From the NCBI GenBank assembly GCA_963791045.1, contig CAWBQK010000015.1, positions 229,390-293,389 of the forward strand: 64,000 nt of DNA, written 5' to 3'. The notes beneath the pieces were generated by a model. The model made no database searches and was not told the origin of the DNA. It saw only the letters and a list, made by a program, of their open reading frames with translations. Positions within the stretch are counted from its first letter, which is position 1, and every line of letters starts with the position of its first letter. Position numbers and translations under genes: made by a program. This document shows, piece by piece, positions 1 to 10,566 of this stretch. Source of the DNA: Candidatus Latescibacterota bacterium (GTDB taxonomy: Bacteria; Krumholzibacteriota; Krumholzibacteriia; WVZY01).

Positions 1-2
1 GC

Positions 3-437
3 GTGGCGCCGCGCGGCGGGATGCTTACGATCCACGCCGATCATCCGGAGTTTCGGAGGATAGGCGTGCGCGGCATGTTTCCGTTTGCGTTTGTCCTGGC
101 GATCGTGCCCTATCTGCTGCTCGCGCTGGTCTATTTCCGGGCGTTCCGTCCCGGCGCCGGGAGCGCGCGCCCGAAATGGACGATGGTTGCAATCCTCGCG
201 GCGACGTTTGGCCTCCACATGCTGGTCAATCTCGGCGGCGTCGCGAAATGGTTCAACATCTGGTCGGCCACCGCGTTCGTCGAGATACTGATGCGACACG
301 CGACGAATGCCATCCTCGGCGGAGCCCCGACGGTGTGGTTTCTGTGCGGCATCGCCATCGTGGTGGTATACAAGCTGGTCGAGAGAGGTTTCGAGCGGAT
401 GGAGTTCCCGCTTCCCGCCCGCAAGCCGGTTGACTGA
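3..437 (+). CDS. C-terminal part of a multi-pass membrane protein (5' end outside the window)
   Basis: Open frame from the window edge with about 3 hydrophobic helices (PFAFVLAIVPYLLLALVYF, MVAILAATFGLHMLVNL, TVWFLCGIAIVVVY); family not identifiable. Confidence 0.55.
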   Translation: MAPRGGMLTIHADHPEFRRIGVRGMFPFAFVLAIVPYLLLALVYFRAFRPGAGSARPKWTMVAILAATFGLHMLVNLGGVAKWFNIWSATAFVEILMRHATNAILGGAPTVWFLCGIAIVVVYKLVERGFERMEFPLPARKPVD

Positions 438-515
438 CCGGTCCGCGCGAGGACATGCTCCAGACGTCCCCGCTTTCACTTCCCCTCGCCCGGTTCCGTT
501 GCTATATTTACCGGT

Positions 516-1739
516 ATGAACGATGGCCCGGACATAAACGAACGCTACGGCGGCACTATTATCACCCATGTCAAGATGCACCGGCAGTCGCTGGATCCGC
601 GCAAGCGCGACTTGTCACCGACGGTACTCGATTTTGGCCCGGTTCGTTTTGCCCTCGCCCGGCACTTCGGCTTTTGTTTCGGAGTGGAAAACGCCGTCAA
701 GATCGCCTACGAAACACTAACCACGCACCCCGACCGGCGAATATTCTTCTTGAGCGAGATGATCCACAACCCGAAGGTCAATGGCGACCTTCACGACCAG
801 GGGGTTCGATTCATATTTTCGCCGCACGGCAAACAGCTTATTCCCTGGAAGGAGCTCGGGGCCGACGACATCGTAGTCGTCCCCGCATTCGGCACCACGT
901 TGGAGATGGAACAAGAGCTTTCCAAACGCGGCATCGACCCATACAGCTATAACACCACGTGTCCCTTTGTCGAGAAGGTCTGGAAAAGAAGCGGAACACT
1001 CGGCGAGCAGGACTACACGGTGATCGTTCACGGCAAAGCGGCACACGAGGAAACCCGCGCGACGTTCTCACATAGTGTCCAGAGCGCCCCGACCGTGATT
1101 ATTTTAAACCTGGAAGAGGCGAACGTTCTCGCCGACGTGATAAAAGGCGACAAAACAACGGAGGATTTCTTCACACACTTCGGCCATAAGTGCTCCATAG
1201 ATTTTGATCCGGCAATCGACCTGGCAAGAATCGGCATCGTCAACCAGACGACAATGCTCGCCGCGGAAACACGTGAGATCGCGGGTGTGCTTCGCGAAGC
1301 GATGATCGAACGGTACGGGGAGGATGATATCGAAGATCACTTTGCCGACACGTCGGACACACTCTGTTACGCGACCAACGAAAACCAGAACGCGACCTAC
1401 GCTCTTATCGAGCACGGTGCGGATATCGCCCTGGTTGTCGGTGGATACAATTCATCGAACACCTCGCACATAGCCGAGTTGTGCGAAGAAGCCCTTCCGA
1501 CTTTCTTTATTCAAAACTCAGATGAAATCATCTCCGCCGACCGGATCCGTCACTATTCGCTCGGCAAGCGCTCAGCGATCACCACAGATAACTGGTTGCC
1601 ATCGAAACGGCCCCTCGACATTATCCTCACCTGCGGCGCATCGTGCCCCGATGCAACACTCGACGACGTCCTGCAAAAGGTCCTGTCTTTCTTTGAAAAC
1701 TCAGTCGCCATCGAGGACATCCTGCGGAATTTTGAGTGA
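516..1739 (+). CDS. ispH: 4-hydroxy-3-methylbut-2-enyl diphosphate reductase (IspH/LytB)
   Basis: Motifs FGFCFGVENAV, MIHNP, PAFG, TTCPFV, HGKAAHEE, NQTT, DTLCYATNENQ, VGGYNSSNT, GASCPD. Confidence 0.96.
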   Translation: MNDGPDINERYGGTIITHVKMHRQSLDPRKRDLSPTVLDFGPVRFALARHFGFCFGVENAVKIAYETLTTHPDRRIFFLSEMIHNPKVNGDLHDQGVRFIFSPHGKQLIPWKELGADDIVVVPAFGTTLEMEQELSKRGIDPYSYNTTCPFVEKVWKRSGTLGEQDYTVIVHGKAAHEETRATFSHSVQSAPTVIILNLEEANVLADVIKGDKTTEDFFTHFGHKCSIDFDPAIDLARIGIVNQTTMLAAETREIAGVLREAMIERYGEDDIEDHFADTSDTLCYATNENQNATYALIEHGADIALVVGGYNSSNTSHIAELCEEALPTFFIQNSDEIISADRIRHYSLGKRSAITTDNWLPSKRPLDIILTCGASCPDATLDDVLQKVLSFFENSVAIEDILRNFE

Positions 1740-2016
1740 TCGAAAAAAATTCGTGAAATGGCAAAATGGGATGATTCGCCGGAGAGATACCTCCACCTAA
1801 CCCTATGAATTTTCTGTCGTAGTCCGTCTCATAGCCGATTCTCACAAAAAAAGACACGTTTTCCCGGGCCGAACGACATTGACGTAACCCTTTGATATGA
1901 TGCAATTTAAATTAACGCATCGCTTGAAGTGTAAAATCCTGTTGTCAGTTTTTTGTAAGGACATTCTTACAACTTAACTTCTGACAAGCACTTGCCTTTC
2001 TACCACCCTCCCCCTC

Positions 2017-2032
2017 TGGCACGCGGCTTGCG
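2017..2032 (+). promoter_or_regulatory. sigma54 (RpoN) -24/-12 promoter upstream of the GAF gene
   Basis: TGGCACGCGGCTTGCG matches TGGCACG-N4-TTGC, with GG and GC 12 bp apart; intergenic, about 105 bp before the GTG at 2138. Confidence 0.7.
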
Positions 2033-2137
2033 ATAAGCCACATCACCGAACGTTAAATGTCGTGGTATATCTGCCACACGGCGGATTGCCCGGGTTCCGG
2101 TGTTCCGGAACGGTTCTTTTTTAACAAAGGTTTATAC

Positions 2138-3085
2138 GTGAAACTCACATTGGGTGACAACAACCCAAAAGTTGATAGCTCAGAGCTGAGCGCGACGTCG
2201 CGTTCCGTCAGGACCGGTCTCAATAGACAGTCGTATCTGAACTGGTCGCTGCTGGTCATCGCCTTCCTGATCATCGCGCTCGGCGTTCTTACTGTTGTTC
2301 CTCCTTTGCTGAGCGAACAGCTTGCCGCGATCTGGCCGATGCCAAAACCACAGATGGTCCTCATCGTCGTGCTTTCGCTCGCGTTGTTGACACTCACCGG
2401 TTTGGCCCACCAGCAGCGGTACATAGCGATGCTTCGACGTGAATTTGAAAAATCGCAAGCGGACGAGATCGCACAGGCGAAGAAACACACAAATCGTATG
2501 TTCGCCTTGTTGAATATGAGCCGGGTGTTGGGGTCGTGGTCCGATCTCGAAAAGGTATTCGATTCGATAACCAATATGTGCGTCGAGGCGTTCAACTGCC
2601 ACACCTCATCGCTCATGTTGTTTGATAACGAAACGCAAGAACTCGTCGTAAAATCGATCGCCGGCCCGTCGGTTCCGGCGACCATGCTGGGCGCACGCTT
2701 GAAACTCGGCGAAGGAATCGCCGGTTGGGCGGCGAAAAAAGGCGAGGCGCTTCTTATGGGACGTGGCTTTGACGCCGCCGACTATCCGGGGCTCAAGTTA
2801 AAAAACGCGTCGCTCACCTCCGCGATGGTTGTCCCAATTATGCTCAGGGATGAATTGGTCGGCGTGTTGAATGTAAGTACCAAGTCGCGGAAGATCGAAT
2901 ACGAGAAGGACGACATTCGGGCTCTCCGCGTCTTCGCGGAAAATGTCGGGTCGTGTATTCGTCATACCGAGCAGGCCTCATGGATGCGGCAGACGATTCG
3001 CAATCTGCAGGAAGCCGTGAAATCGAATAAAAGCAACGGACACCAGCGTGCTCCGGTTGCGTCATCGCAATCGAGCGAGATTTAG
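2138..3085 (+). CDS. Membrane-anchored GAF-domain protein with no output domain
   Basis: Two N-terminal TM helices, a coiled segment, then GAF motifs (SSLMLFD, GEGIAGWAAK, SAMVVPI, GVLNV); GTG 2138 chosen over ATG 2057 by the upstream AAAGG. Confidence 0.8.
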   Translation: MKLTLGDNNPKVDSSELSATSRSVRTGLNRQSYLNWSLLVIAFLIIALGVLTVVPPLLSEQLAAIWPMPKPQMVLIVVLSLALLTLTGLAHQQRYIAMLRREFEKSQADEIAQAKKHTNRMFALLNMSRVLGSWSDLEKVFDSITNMCVEAFNCHTSSLMLFDNETQELVVKSIAGPSVPATMLGARLKLGEGIAGWAAKKGEALLMGRGFDAADYPGLKLKNASLTSAMVVPIMLRDELVGVLNVSTKSRKIEYEKDDIRALRVFAENVGSCIRHTEQASWMRQTIRNLQEAVKSNKSNGHQRAPVASSQSSEI

Positions 3086-3213
3086 AACGTCTGATTCCGC
3101 CTGCCCACCACAAACTGACCTTCGTTCGCGGCGGCCATAACGGACGCAACCCGCTGTTATTACTCCACTAAAGGCCTATTTGCAAACGCTAATATTCGTC
3201 GAATAATGCGCGG

Positions 3214-4713
3214 TTATAAACCGGCGTTCGCGATGCTTGTGAGGGATATCTTCGCCCATTCGAGCACACTCTCGATACCGGGAACGACACCGGTGGGCCC
3301 GATGCCCAACCAGATAACGGCAAGAAGCGCGAACAAGAGCACGATTCGAACACCCAGATCGGCATGAACGGGAACGCGCTCTTCCTGCTTCTGCATATAC
3401 ATCGCGACGATGACACGAAGATAGTAGTAGAGGGACAGTGCGCTGTTGAGGACGGCGATGATGGCGAGCCCCACCATTCCCTGATCAACCGCAGCGCTGA
3501 AGAGATAGTACTTTGCGAAGAACCCGGCGGTGGGCGGAATTCCCGCGAGCGAGAACATAAAAACAGCCATACAGAAACCGAGGAACGGGTACTGGATCCC
3601 CAGGCCCGCGTAGTCATGTTCCTCGAGGCCGCGCGTAATACCCTTCTTCTCGATGGCGCTTATCAACGCGAAGGCGCCAAGGGTCATGAAAGCATATACG
3701 AGCGAGTAGTACATCACACTCGAAGCGGCCCGTGAACTGTCCGAGCTGAGCGCCGCGATACCGATCAAGATGTAACCCGCGTGCGCGATGCTCGAGTATG
3801 CGAGCATCCGTTTGATATTCTTCTGAACGAGCGCGACGATATTTCCGACCGTCATGGTGATTACGGCGAGAATGACAATGAGCCCGGTCCATTCCGTCTG
3901 ACTCGACATGAAGCACATATAGAACAGTCTCAAGAATGCGCCGAAGGACGCCGCTTTGACCGCCGTGGCCATGAAGGATGTGATCGGTGTCGGAGCGCCC
4001 TGGTAAACGTCAGGCGTCCACATATGGAACGGAACCGCCGATACCTTGAAACCAAAGCCGGCAAGAATCAGCGCAACGGCGAGAAGGAACAACGGATTAC
4101 TCGCGAGACCCCGCTCTGACACCGCCGTCGCGATTTCCGCGAAGTTCGTGCTCCCGGTGAGCCCGTAAATGAGCGACACGCCATAGAGGAAGAAACCGAT
4201 GGCAAACGCGCCGATAAGAAAATATTTGAGCGCCGCTTCGTTCGAGAGAAGATCGCGGCGACGGAACGCGACGAGAACATATATCGCGATACTCATGAGC
4301 TCGATGCCCAGAAACACCGAAATCAAATCGTGGGACGACACGAGCACAATCATGCCCATCGTCGAGAAAAACACCATCGACAAGAACTCGCCTCGGTCCA
4401 TCCCGAATCTCGACAGATAATTACCCGAAGTAAGAACGGTTGCTATCGCGCATATGGTTACGATCACGGTAAAGAAGAGCGCAAACTGATCGACGATCAC
4501 CATCCCGGCAAACATCGGCTCACCGCCACTGCCCCAGAGCCGGACAACGTACAAGAGCGACACCACCAGGAGCGCCACGGCGAACATGCGCTGCGCGACC
4601 CCCACTGTTTTCGAGACAGCGCCTGAGACCATAAAGACGACCCCGCCGAGAAACATAACGAGCATCGGCCCGAGCTGGTAAATAACGCTGGCATCTACTG
4701 TCGGAAACGTCAT
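3214..4713 (-). CDS. nuoN: NADH-quinone oxidoreductase subunit N
   Basis: [55 protein letters not shown]; last gene of the nuo operon. Confidence 0.96.
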   Translation of the reverse strand: MTFPTVDASVIYQLGPMLVMFLGGVVFMVSGAVSKTVGVAQRMFAVALLVVSLLYVVRLWGSGGEPMFAGMVIVDQFALFFTVIVTICAIATVLTSGNYLSRFGMDRGEFLSMVFFSTMGMIVLVSSHDLISVFLGIELMSIAIYVLVAFRRRDLLSNEAALKYFLIGAFAIGFFLYGVSLIYGLTGSTNFAEIATAVSERGLASNPLFLLAVALILAGFGFKVSAVPFHMWTPDVYQGAPTPITSFMATAVKAASFGAFLRLFYMCFMSSQTEWTGLIVILAVITMTVGNIVALVQKNIKRMLAYSSIAHAGYILIGIAALSSDSSRAASSVMYYSLVYAFMTLGAFALISAIEKKGITRGLEEHDYAGLGIQYPFLGFCMAVFMFSLAGIPPTAGFFAKYYLFSAAVDQGMVGLAIIAVLNSALSLYYYLRVIVAMYMQKQEERVPVHADLGVRIVLLFALLAVIWLGIGPTGVVPGIESVLEWAKISLTSIANAGL

Positions 4714-6288
4714 CGTACCACCTCCCAGTCGTCCACTTCATCTTCGTCATCCACGTCGTCGGCCTCGACCACAACGAGCTCTTCGAGCGCACGTTTCGAT
4801 TCCATCGCCACGCGCTTCTCGGTCACATCGGAGATAAATTTGTTAACCGCCGGTTCCATCCGGGAGAGGAACGGTTTGGGATATACTCCCATGAAGAAAA
4901 TCATAACGAGAAGGGGCACGAATACGACAATTTCCCTCAGATTAAGATCTTTGAGCGTTTCGTTCGCCGCATGTTTGATCGGGCCGAAAAACACGCGCTG
5001 GTACATCCACAGCATATAGATTGCGCCGAGCACCACACCCGTAGCCGCCAGGACCGCCCACCACGGATTGGCCTTGAAGGCGCCCAGAAGTATCAGGAAC
5101 TCGCCGACAAACCCGTTCAGCATCGGAAGACCGATCGACGACAATGTCACAATCATAAAGACGACAGCGTATACGGGCATCACTTTCGCGATACCGCCAA
5201 ACTCCTCGATCATCCTCGTGTGCCGCCGTTCGTAAATCACGCCGACGAGAAGGAAGAGCGCCCCCGTGGAGAGCCCGTGGTTGAGCATCTGGTAGACGGC
5301 GCCTTCGACTGCCTGCGTGTTGAGCGCAAACAGCCCCAGCATCACAAACCCAAGATGGGATACGGACGAGTACGCCACGAGCTTCTTGACGTCCTTCTGC
5401 ACCATCGCCACCAGGGCCCCGTAAATAATCCCAATGATCGCCAGCGTTATAATAAGAGGAATCGCCTTTATCGCCGCGTCGGGGAAAATCGGCATGGCAA
5501 ATCGGATGAATCCGTATCCACCCATTTTGAGGAGAACGCCGGCAAGGATCACGCTACCCGCCGTGGGCGCTTCGACATGCGCATCCGGAAGCCATGTATG
5601 GAACGGGAACATCGGCACCTTAATCGCGAACGACAGCGCAAATGCGAGGAAGAGAAACCACTGCGTCCCGGGATCCAGCTGAACGCTGTAGAGTTTCGCC
5701 AGCTCAAAGGTGAGTACACCACTTTGCCCTTTGAACGTGAAGACGAGGACAAGGATCGCGACGAGCATGAGCAGCGATCCAACCATCGTAAAGATAAAGA
5801 ACTTGACCGTCGCGTAGATCCGGCGCTCGCCGCCCCACATACCGATGAGGAAATACATGGGGATGAGCATCAATTCCCAGAAGATATAAAAGAGGAAAAG
5901 ATCGAGCGACACGAAAGCGCCGATCATCGCCGTCTCGAGCAGCAGCATGCAGAAGTAGAATTCTTTGACTCGCTCCGTGATCGCCGAGAACGTACTCAGC
6001 ACCGAAATCGGCATGATAAAGGTGACGAGCAGCACCAGGAAAAGGCTGATCCCGTCGATCCCGACTTTGTAGGAGATCCCGAATGACGGGAGCCACGGAA
6101 CGTGTTTCACGAACTGCATTTCGGCGTTGGTCTCGAAACCCCATGAGCAGTTTGAGCGAGAGGAAAAACACGACGGTCGTGAGCATCAGCGAGAACGTAC
6201 GGATCGCCCCGTGCGCCGAACGCGGAAACGCGAGCAAAGCAAATGCCCCAACAATCGGAAGAAATGTCACCAGACTAATGAGATCCAA
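4710..6288 (-). CDS. nuoM: NADH-quinone oxidoreductase subunit M (one apparent +1 frameshift near 6135)
   Basis: N-terminus [14 protein letters not shown] in ORF 5704-6288 joins ORF 4710-6119 ([41 protein letters not shown]); removing one T gives [10 protein letters not shown]. Confidence 0.9.
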
Positions 6289-6328
6289 GGTTCGATCCTT
6301 TTTTTCGCTACGATAACCAAATCATCGA

Positions 6329-8399
6329 TCAATCAATGAGCTTGTAGATCAGCAACAACACACCGAGCAGGAAGAACAACGCATAGGTCCGGACAACGCC
6401 CGGTCTGGAAGAGCCGGATGGCCGAACCGAACAACCGGGCAAACATCCCCACACCATTGACGATTCCGTCGATGATCCAAACATCAACGACACGTGAAGA
6501 GAAACTTATCCGACACTTCGAACCCGGGTCGAACTATTGTTTTCTCGTAAGCTTCGTCGACAAAATATTTGTTATATACGAGGTTGTAGAGGCCTCCGGC
6601 TTTTTCGGTGAGCCGGCCGGGGATCCCGGATTCTTGAGATAGAGATGGCGCGCGAGCAATATTCCGACAACGCCGACGAGAACCGACATCACCATGAGAA
6701 TGAATCTCGAGTTGATGCGATCCGTGCGCCGCCGGCCATCGCCATCGTCGGCGCCCGCGCCGCTTCCGCGGCGTGCCACCAGCCGCTTCCCCATGTCCGC
6801 AATGGCATCCACGTGCCCGCATGACCATGCTGATGGCGATAGGCCCAAGCGCCGGCGCCAGATAATGGTGGAACCAATTTGCAGCCGCCAAGAATCGACG
6901 GGACACCGACAAATCCAATAAGGACCGATCCCGCGGCAAGAATTATCAGCGGCTATTGTCATTACCGAAGGCGACTCGTGCAGATGGTGCGCCGCCTCAT
7001 CCGAATACCGGCGCTTGCCGAAGAACGTCAGAAACACGGCACGGAAAATATAGAACGCCGTCACGCCGGCGCCCACGAACAACATCGCCCACAACAAACC
7101 GGCGAGCCATGCCGGTCCCACATGGGCATTGAATACGTTCCAGAGAATTTCGTCTTTTGAGAAAAATGCGGCCAGGGGTGGTATCCCTGCGATGGTAATA
7201 CTCGCAACCACAAATGTTGCCATCGTCGTCTTCATGGTCTTGCCCAGCGCCCCCATCTTGAACATGTCCTGTTCGCCGCTCATCGCATGGATGACCGATC
7301 CGGCGCCGAGAAAGAGGCAGGCCTTGAAGAACGCATGTGTCATCAGATGGAAGACACCCGCCGCATAGGCGCCCACACCCACCGCGGCAAACATGTAGCC
7401 GAGCTGGCTCACCGTCGAATACGCGAGCACTTTCTTGATGTCTTTCTGACAGATGCCCGATGGTCGCGGCAAAGATCGCCGTAACCGCTCCGACCGTGGC
7501 AACAACCATCATGGCGACGGGGCTCTCCATATATATGTATGAAAGCCGGGCCACCATATACACACCGGCGGTGACCATGGTCGCGGCATGGATCAGGGCG
7601 CTGACCGGTGTCGGGCCCGCCATCGCGTCCGGCAGCCACACATACAACGGGATCTGAGCGGATTTGCCGGTGGCGCCGATAAAGAACAGGACGCCGATAA
7701 CCGTGACCGACGCGATGCGAAAGCCTCCGGGTGCGCGCTGACGAGTTCACGCAGTACGAGAAAATCGAGTGTCGGATGCCCGATCTTCACTGTTGCGAAA
7801 AACAGGACGAAGATGCCGATCAGAAACGCGAAATCGCCCATGCGGTTTACGATAAACGCCTTTTTCCCGGCGGCCGCGTTGGCGATATCCTTGTACCAGA
7901 ATCCGATCAAGAGATACGAACAGAGCCCCACACCCTCCCAACCGACAAACATAACCGGGAGGCTCTTCGCCATCACCAGCGTGAGCATCGCAAACATGAA
8001 GAGGTTCAGGATACGCGAAATACCGCGCAAACCCGTCGTCCTTCGTGCATGTAACCGATCGAATAAAAATGAATGACCGTTCCGACAAAAGTACACGACA
8101 AGCACCATGACCATCGACAGCGCGTCGACCATGAACCCGAAATCGACATGGAGATCGCCCGAGATGATCCACGGGAAGAGCGTCTGCGACACGATCCGCT
8201 CTTCGGCGGGAAGCCCGCGGAAATGGAGGAAGATTCCAGCTGCAACGGCGAACGAAACGAGCGGCGCGAGACAGCCGATAAACGACACCAGACGTTCGTT
8301 GACCGTACGCTCGCTATTTGCGTTCGAAATCGCCAGCAAGCCATTTATTATGGCCCCGCAAAGCGGTGCGAAAGGTATGAGCCACAAATAGTTTTCCAT
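6329..8399 (-). CDS. nuoL: NADH-quinone oxidoreductase subunit L (several frameshifts, probably sequence errors)
   Basis: NuoL motifs spread over consecutive frames: [16 protein letters not shown] and [11 protein letters not shown] (7593-8399), [22 protein letters not shown] (6997-7647), [17 protein letters not shown] and HAFFKACLF (6534-7505), NKYFVDEAY (6484-6939), end LLIYKLID* at 6329. Confidence 0.88.
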
Positions 8400-8407
8400 G
8401 CCTCTTC

Positions 8408-8710
8408 CTAATCCCGCATAAGCCGCAGGTCATCCGCCTGGACCGTTGCCCGATTCCTGAAAACCATCACAAGTATCGCCAGCCCGATCGCGGCTTCCGC
8501 CGCCGCCAGCGCCATAATAAAAAATGCGATCACGTGGCCGTCCATGCTCTGCGTGTACCGCGCAAAAGTGACAAACGAGAGGTTCACGGCGTTTAGCATC
8601 AATTCGACGGACATAAAAATAACGATGAGGTTCCGCCGGAACAACACGCCAAACACGCCGATAAAGAAGAGCAGCGCGCTCAGAATCATATAATGATGAA
8701 CAGTGACCAT
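8408..8710 (-). CDS. nuoK: NADH-quinone oxidoreductase subunit K
   Basis: 100 aa; RRNLIVIFMSVELMLNAVN, AAAEAAIGLAI. Confidence 0.96.
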   Translation of the reverse strand: MVTVHHYMILSALLFFIGVFGVLFRRNLIVIFMSVELMLNAVNLSFVTFARYTQSMDGHVIAFFIMALAAAEAAIGLAILVMVFRNRATVQADDLRLMRD

Positions 8711-8722
8711 CGAATTGTCTTT

Positions 8723-9217
8723 CTAGATAACCTTTTTCGCGAGCAACACGACGCCAACGATCGCAACGAGGAGCAGCACCGATATAATCTCGAATGGGAA
8801 CAGATACTTGCTCAGCATCAACATCCCCACCTGCTCGATATCACCAAATGTCGGCGCCACGTAGGGAACACCCTCGGGAAACAACCTCAAAACCCGCACG
8901 AACCCGAAAAACCCGATCGCCGCGGCCGCCAAAATAAAGATCGTCTTGGCCCTCCCCACGGGCGCCTCTTTGAGCTCTTTCGGAGAGAGGTTGAGGAGCA
9001 TGATGGTGAAAATAATCAACACCATGATCGCACCGCCGTAGAGAAGAATCTGCAGAATAAACACGAACTCTGCGTGGAGCATCGCGAACAAACCGGCGAG
9101 CGCCACAAAAGAGAGCACGAGACCCAACGCTCCACCCAACGGGTTCTTGAGCGCGACCATTACGAGCGCCCCGAAAACGGCGATTGCGGCCAGTATGTAA
9201 AAAACAACAAGTTCCAT
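8723..9217 (-). CDS. nuoJ: NADH-quinone oxidoreductase subunit J
   Basis: QILLYGGAIMVLIIF, YLFPFEIISVLLLVAIVG. Confidence 0.95.
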   Translation of the reverse strand: MELVVFYILAAIAVFGALVMVALKNPLGGALGLVLSFVALAGLFAMLHAEFVFILQILLYGGAIMVLIIFTIMLLNLSPKELKEAPVGRAKTIFILAAAAIGFFGFVRVLRLFPEGVPYVAPTFGDIEQVGMLMLSKYLFPFEIISVLLLVAIVGVVLLAKKVI

Positions 9218-9233
9218 TATTCAAATCCGGTGT

Positions 9234-10529
9234 CTAGGACCCCGATCGATCGATTAAAAGAAGGATTAATCCCGTAACAAAAATATTCGCAAACGCCAAT
9301 GGAATCAGATTTTTCCACCCCAGCCGCATCAACTGGTCGTAGCGGAATCGCGGCAGCGTCCAGCGAACCCAGATAAATACCCAACAGAAGAAGAGCAGCT
9401 TGATAAGGAATGTCGCTATCTGGGCAACGAGCGCCACCGTCGCACTTGCCCACTCGGGCAGGTTGATCGACCACAAGAAGAAGATCGCAACGGCGTGCGC
9501 GACGATCGCAAAAAACGACACAGCAGCCAGCAGTCGGCCTTCGTTGTTTCGTTTGTCGCCCTCGGGCCAAACGCCTCTCATTTTTTTGTCGAAAAAGAGC
9601 ATGAGGAAAAGTCCGACGACCGACATTACCGTCCCCATAACCAGCATCGCCCTGAGAACCGTCTGCGCGTTCGCCACGAGCGAAGCGGTGGGAACATAGG
9701 GCACCTGCCACCCACCGAAGAACAATGTGGCTATCATCGCCGAAGAGAGCGCGATGGCCACGTACTCGCCCATATAAAAGAGCGCGAAGCGAATTCCGGC
9801 GTACTCGGTATGATAACCGGCGACGAGTTCTGATTCCCCCTCGGGAAGGTCAAACGGGTTTCGATTGGACTCGGCAAACACCGACGTAATAAAAATTATG
9901 AAAGCGAGCGGTTGGACAAAGACACCCCACTTGGGGAGGAATCCGAACAGCAATTCGCCCTGCCCCTGCACAATCTGGTTGAGCTGGACGGTTCCGAAAA
10001 CCATGAAGACCCCGATGAGGCTCAAACCCAGCGGGATCTCGTAACTGATCATCTGTGCGGATGACCGCAAGGCGCCGAGGAGCGAGAACTTGTTGTTCGA
10101 CGACCAACCGGCGAGAATCAAACCGTAGACTTCGAGAGACGTTATCGCGAGGATGTAGAGCATTCCGCCGTTCAAGTTGCTAACCTGCATCGGGATATCC
10201 CAACTGCCGAAGCGGAAGTTGTCCGCCCAGGGAATAACGGCGAAGGCGAATATAAGGACCGAGAACCCGACAAACGGCGCCGCGGCGAAATACCACCGGT
10301 TGGCGTGCGCTGGGATCATAATCTCTTTTACGAGCAACTTGACCACGTCCGCAATGAGCTGGATCATCCCGGCGAGGCGCACCCCACCGATCGCCGTCCG
10401 GTTGGGCCCCACACGGTCCTGCATAAACGCCGCACCCTTACGTTCAAACCAAATCAGGATTGGTATGCACATAAGCGCGACGGCCCAGATAAATATGGCC
10501 TTACCCAAAGTTATAAGATAAAAAGCCAT
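9234..10529 (-). CDS. nuoH: NADH-quinone oxidoreductase subunit H (long form, 431 aa)
   Basis: ERKGAAFMQDRVGPN, AGWSSNNKFSLLGALR, AESNRNPFDLPEGESELVAGYHTEY, WVRWTLPRFRYDQLM. Confidence 0.95.
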   Translation of the reverse strand: MAFYLITLGKAIFIWAVALMCIPILIWFERKGAAFMQDRVGPNRTAIGGVRLAGMIQLIADVVKLLVKEIMIPAHANRWYFAAAPFVGFSVLIFAFAVIPWADNFRFGSWDIPMQVSNLNGGMLYILAITSLEVYGLILAGWSSNNKFSLLGALRSSAQMISYEIPLGLSLIGVFMVFGTVQLNQIVQGQGELLFGFLPKWGVFVQPLAFIIFITSVFAESNRNPFDLPEGESELVAGYHTEYAGIRFALFYMGEYVAIALSSAMIATLFFGGWQVPYVPTASLVANAQTVLRAMLVMGTVMSVVGLFLMLFFDKKMRGVWPEGDKRNNEGRLLAAVSFFAIVAHAVAIFFLWSINLPEWASATVALVAQIATFLIKLLFFCWVFIWVRWTLPRFRYDQLMRLGWKNLIPLAFANIFVTGLILLLIDRSGS

Positions 10530-10566
10530 CGTACCGTTGATTCTCCCAGAACAACCGCGCTACGGG

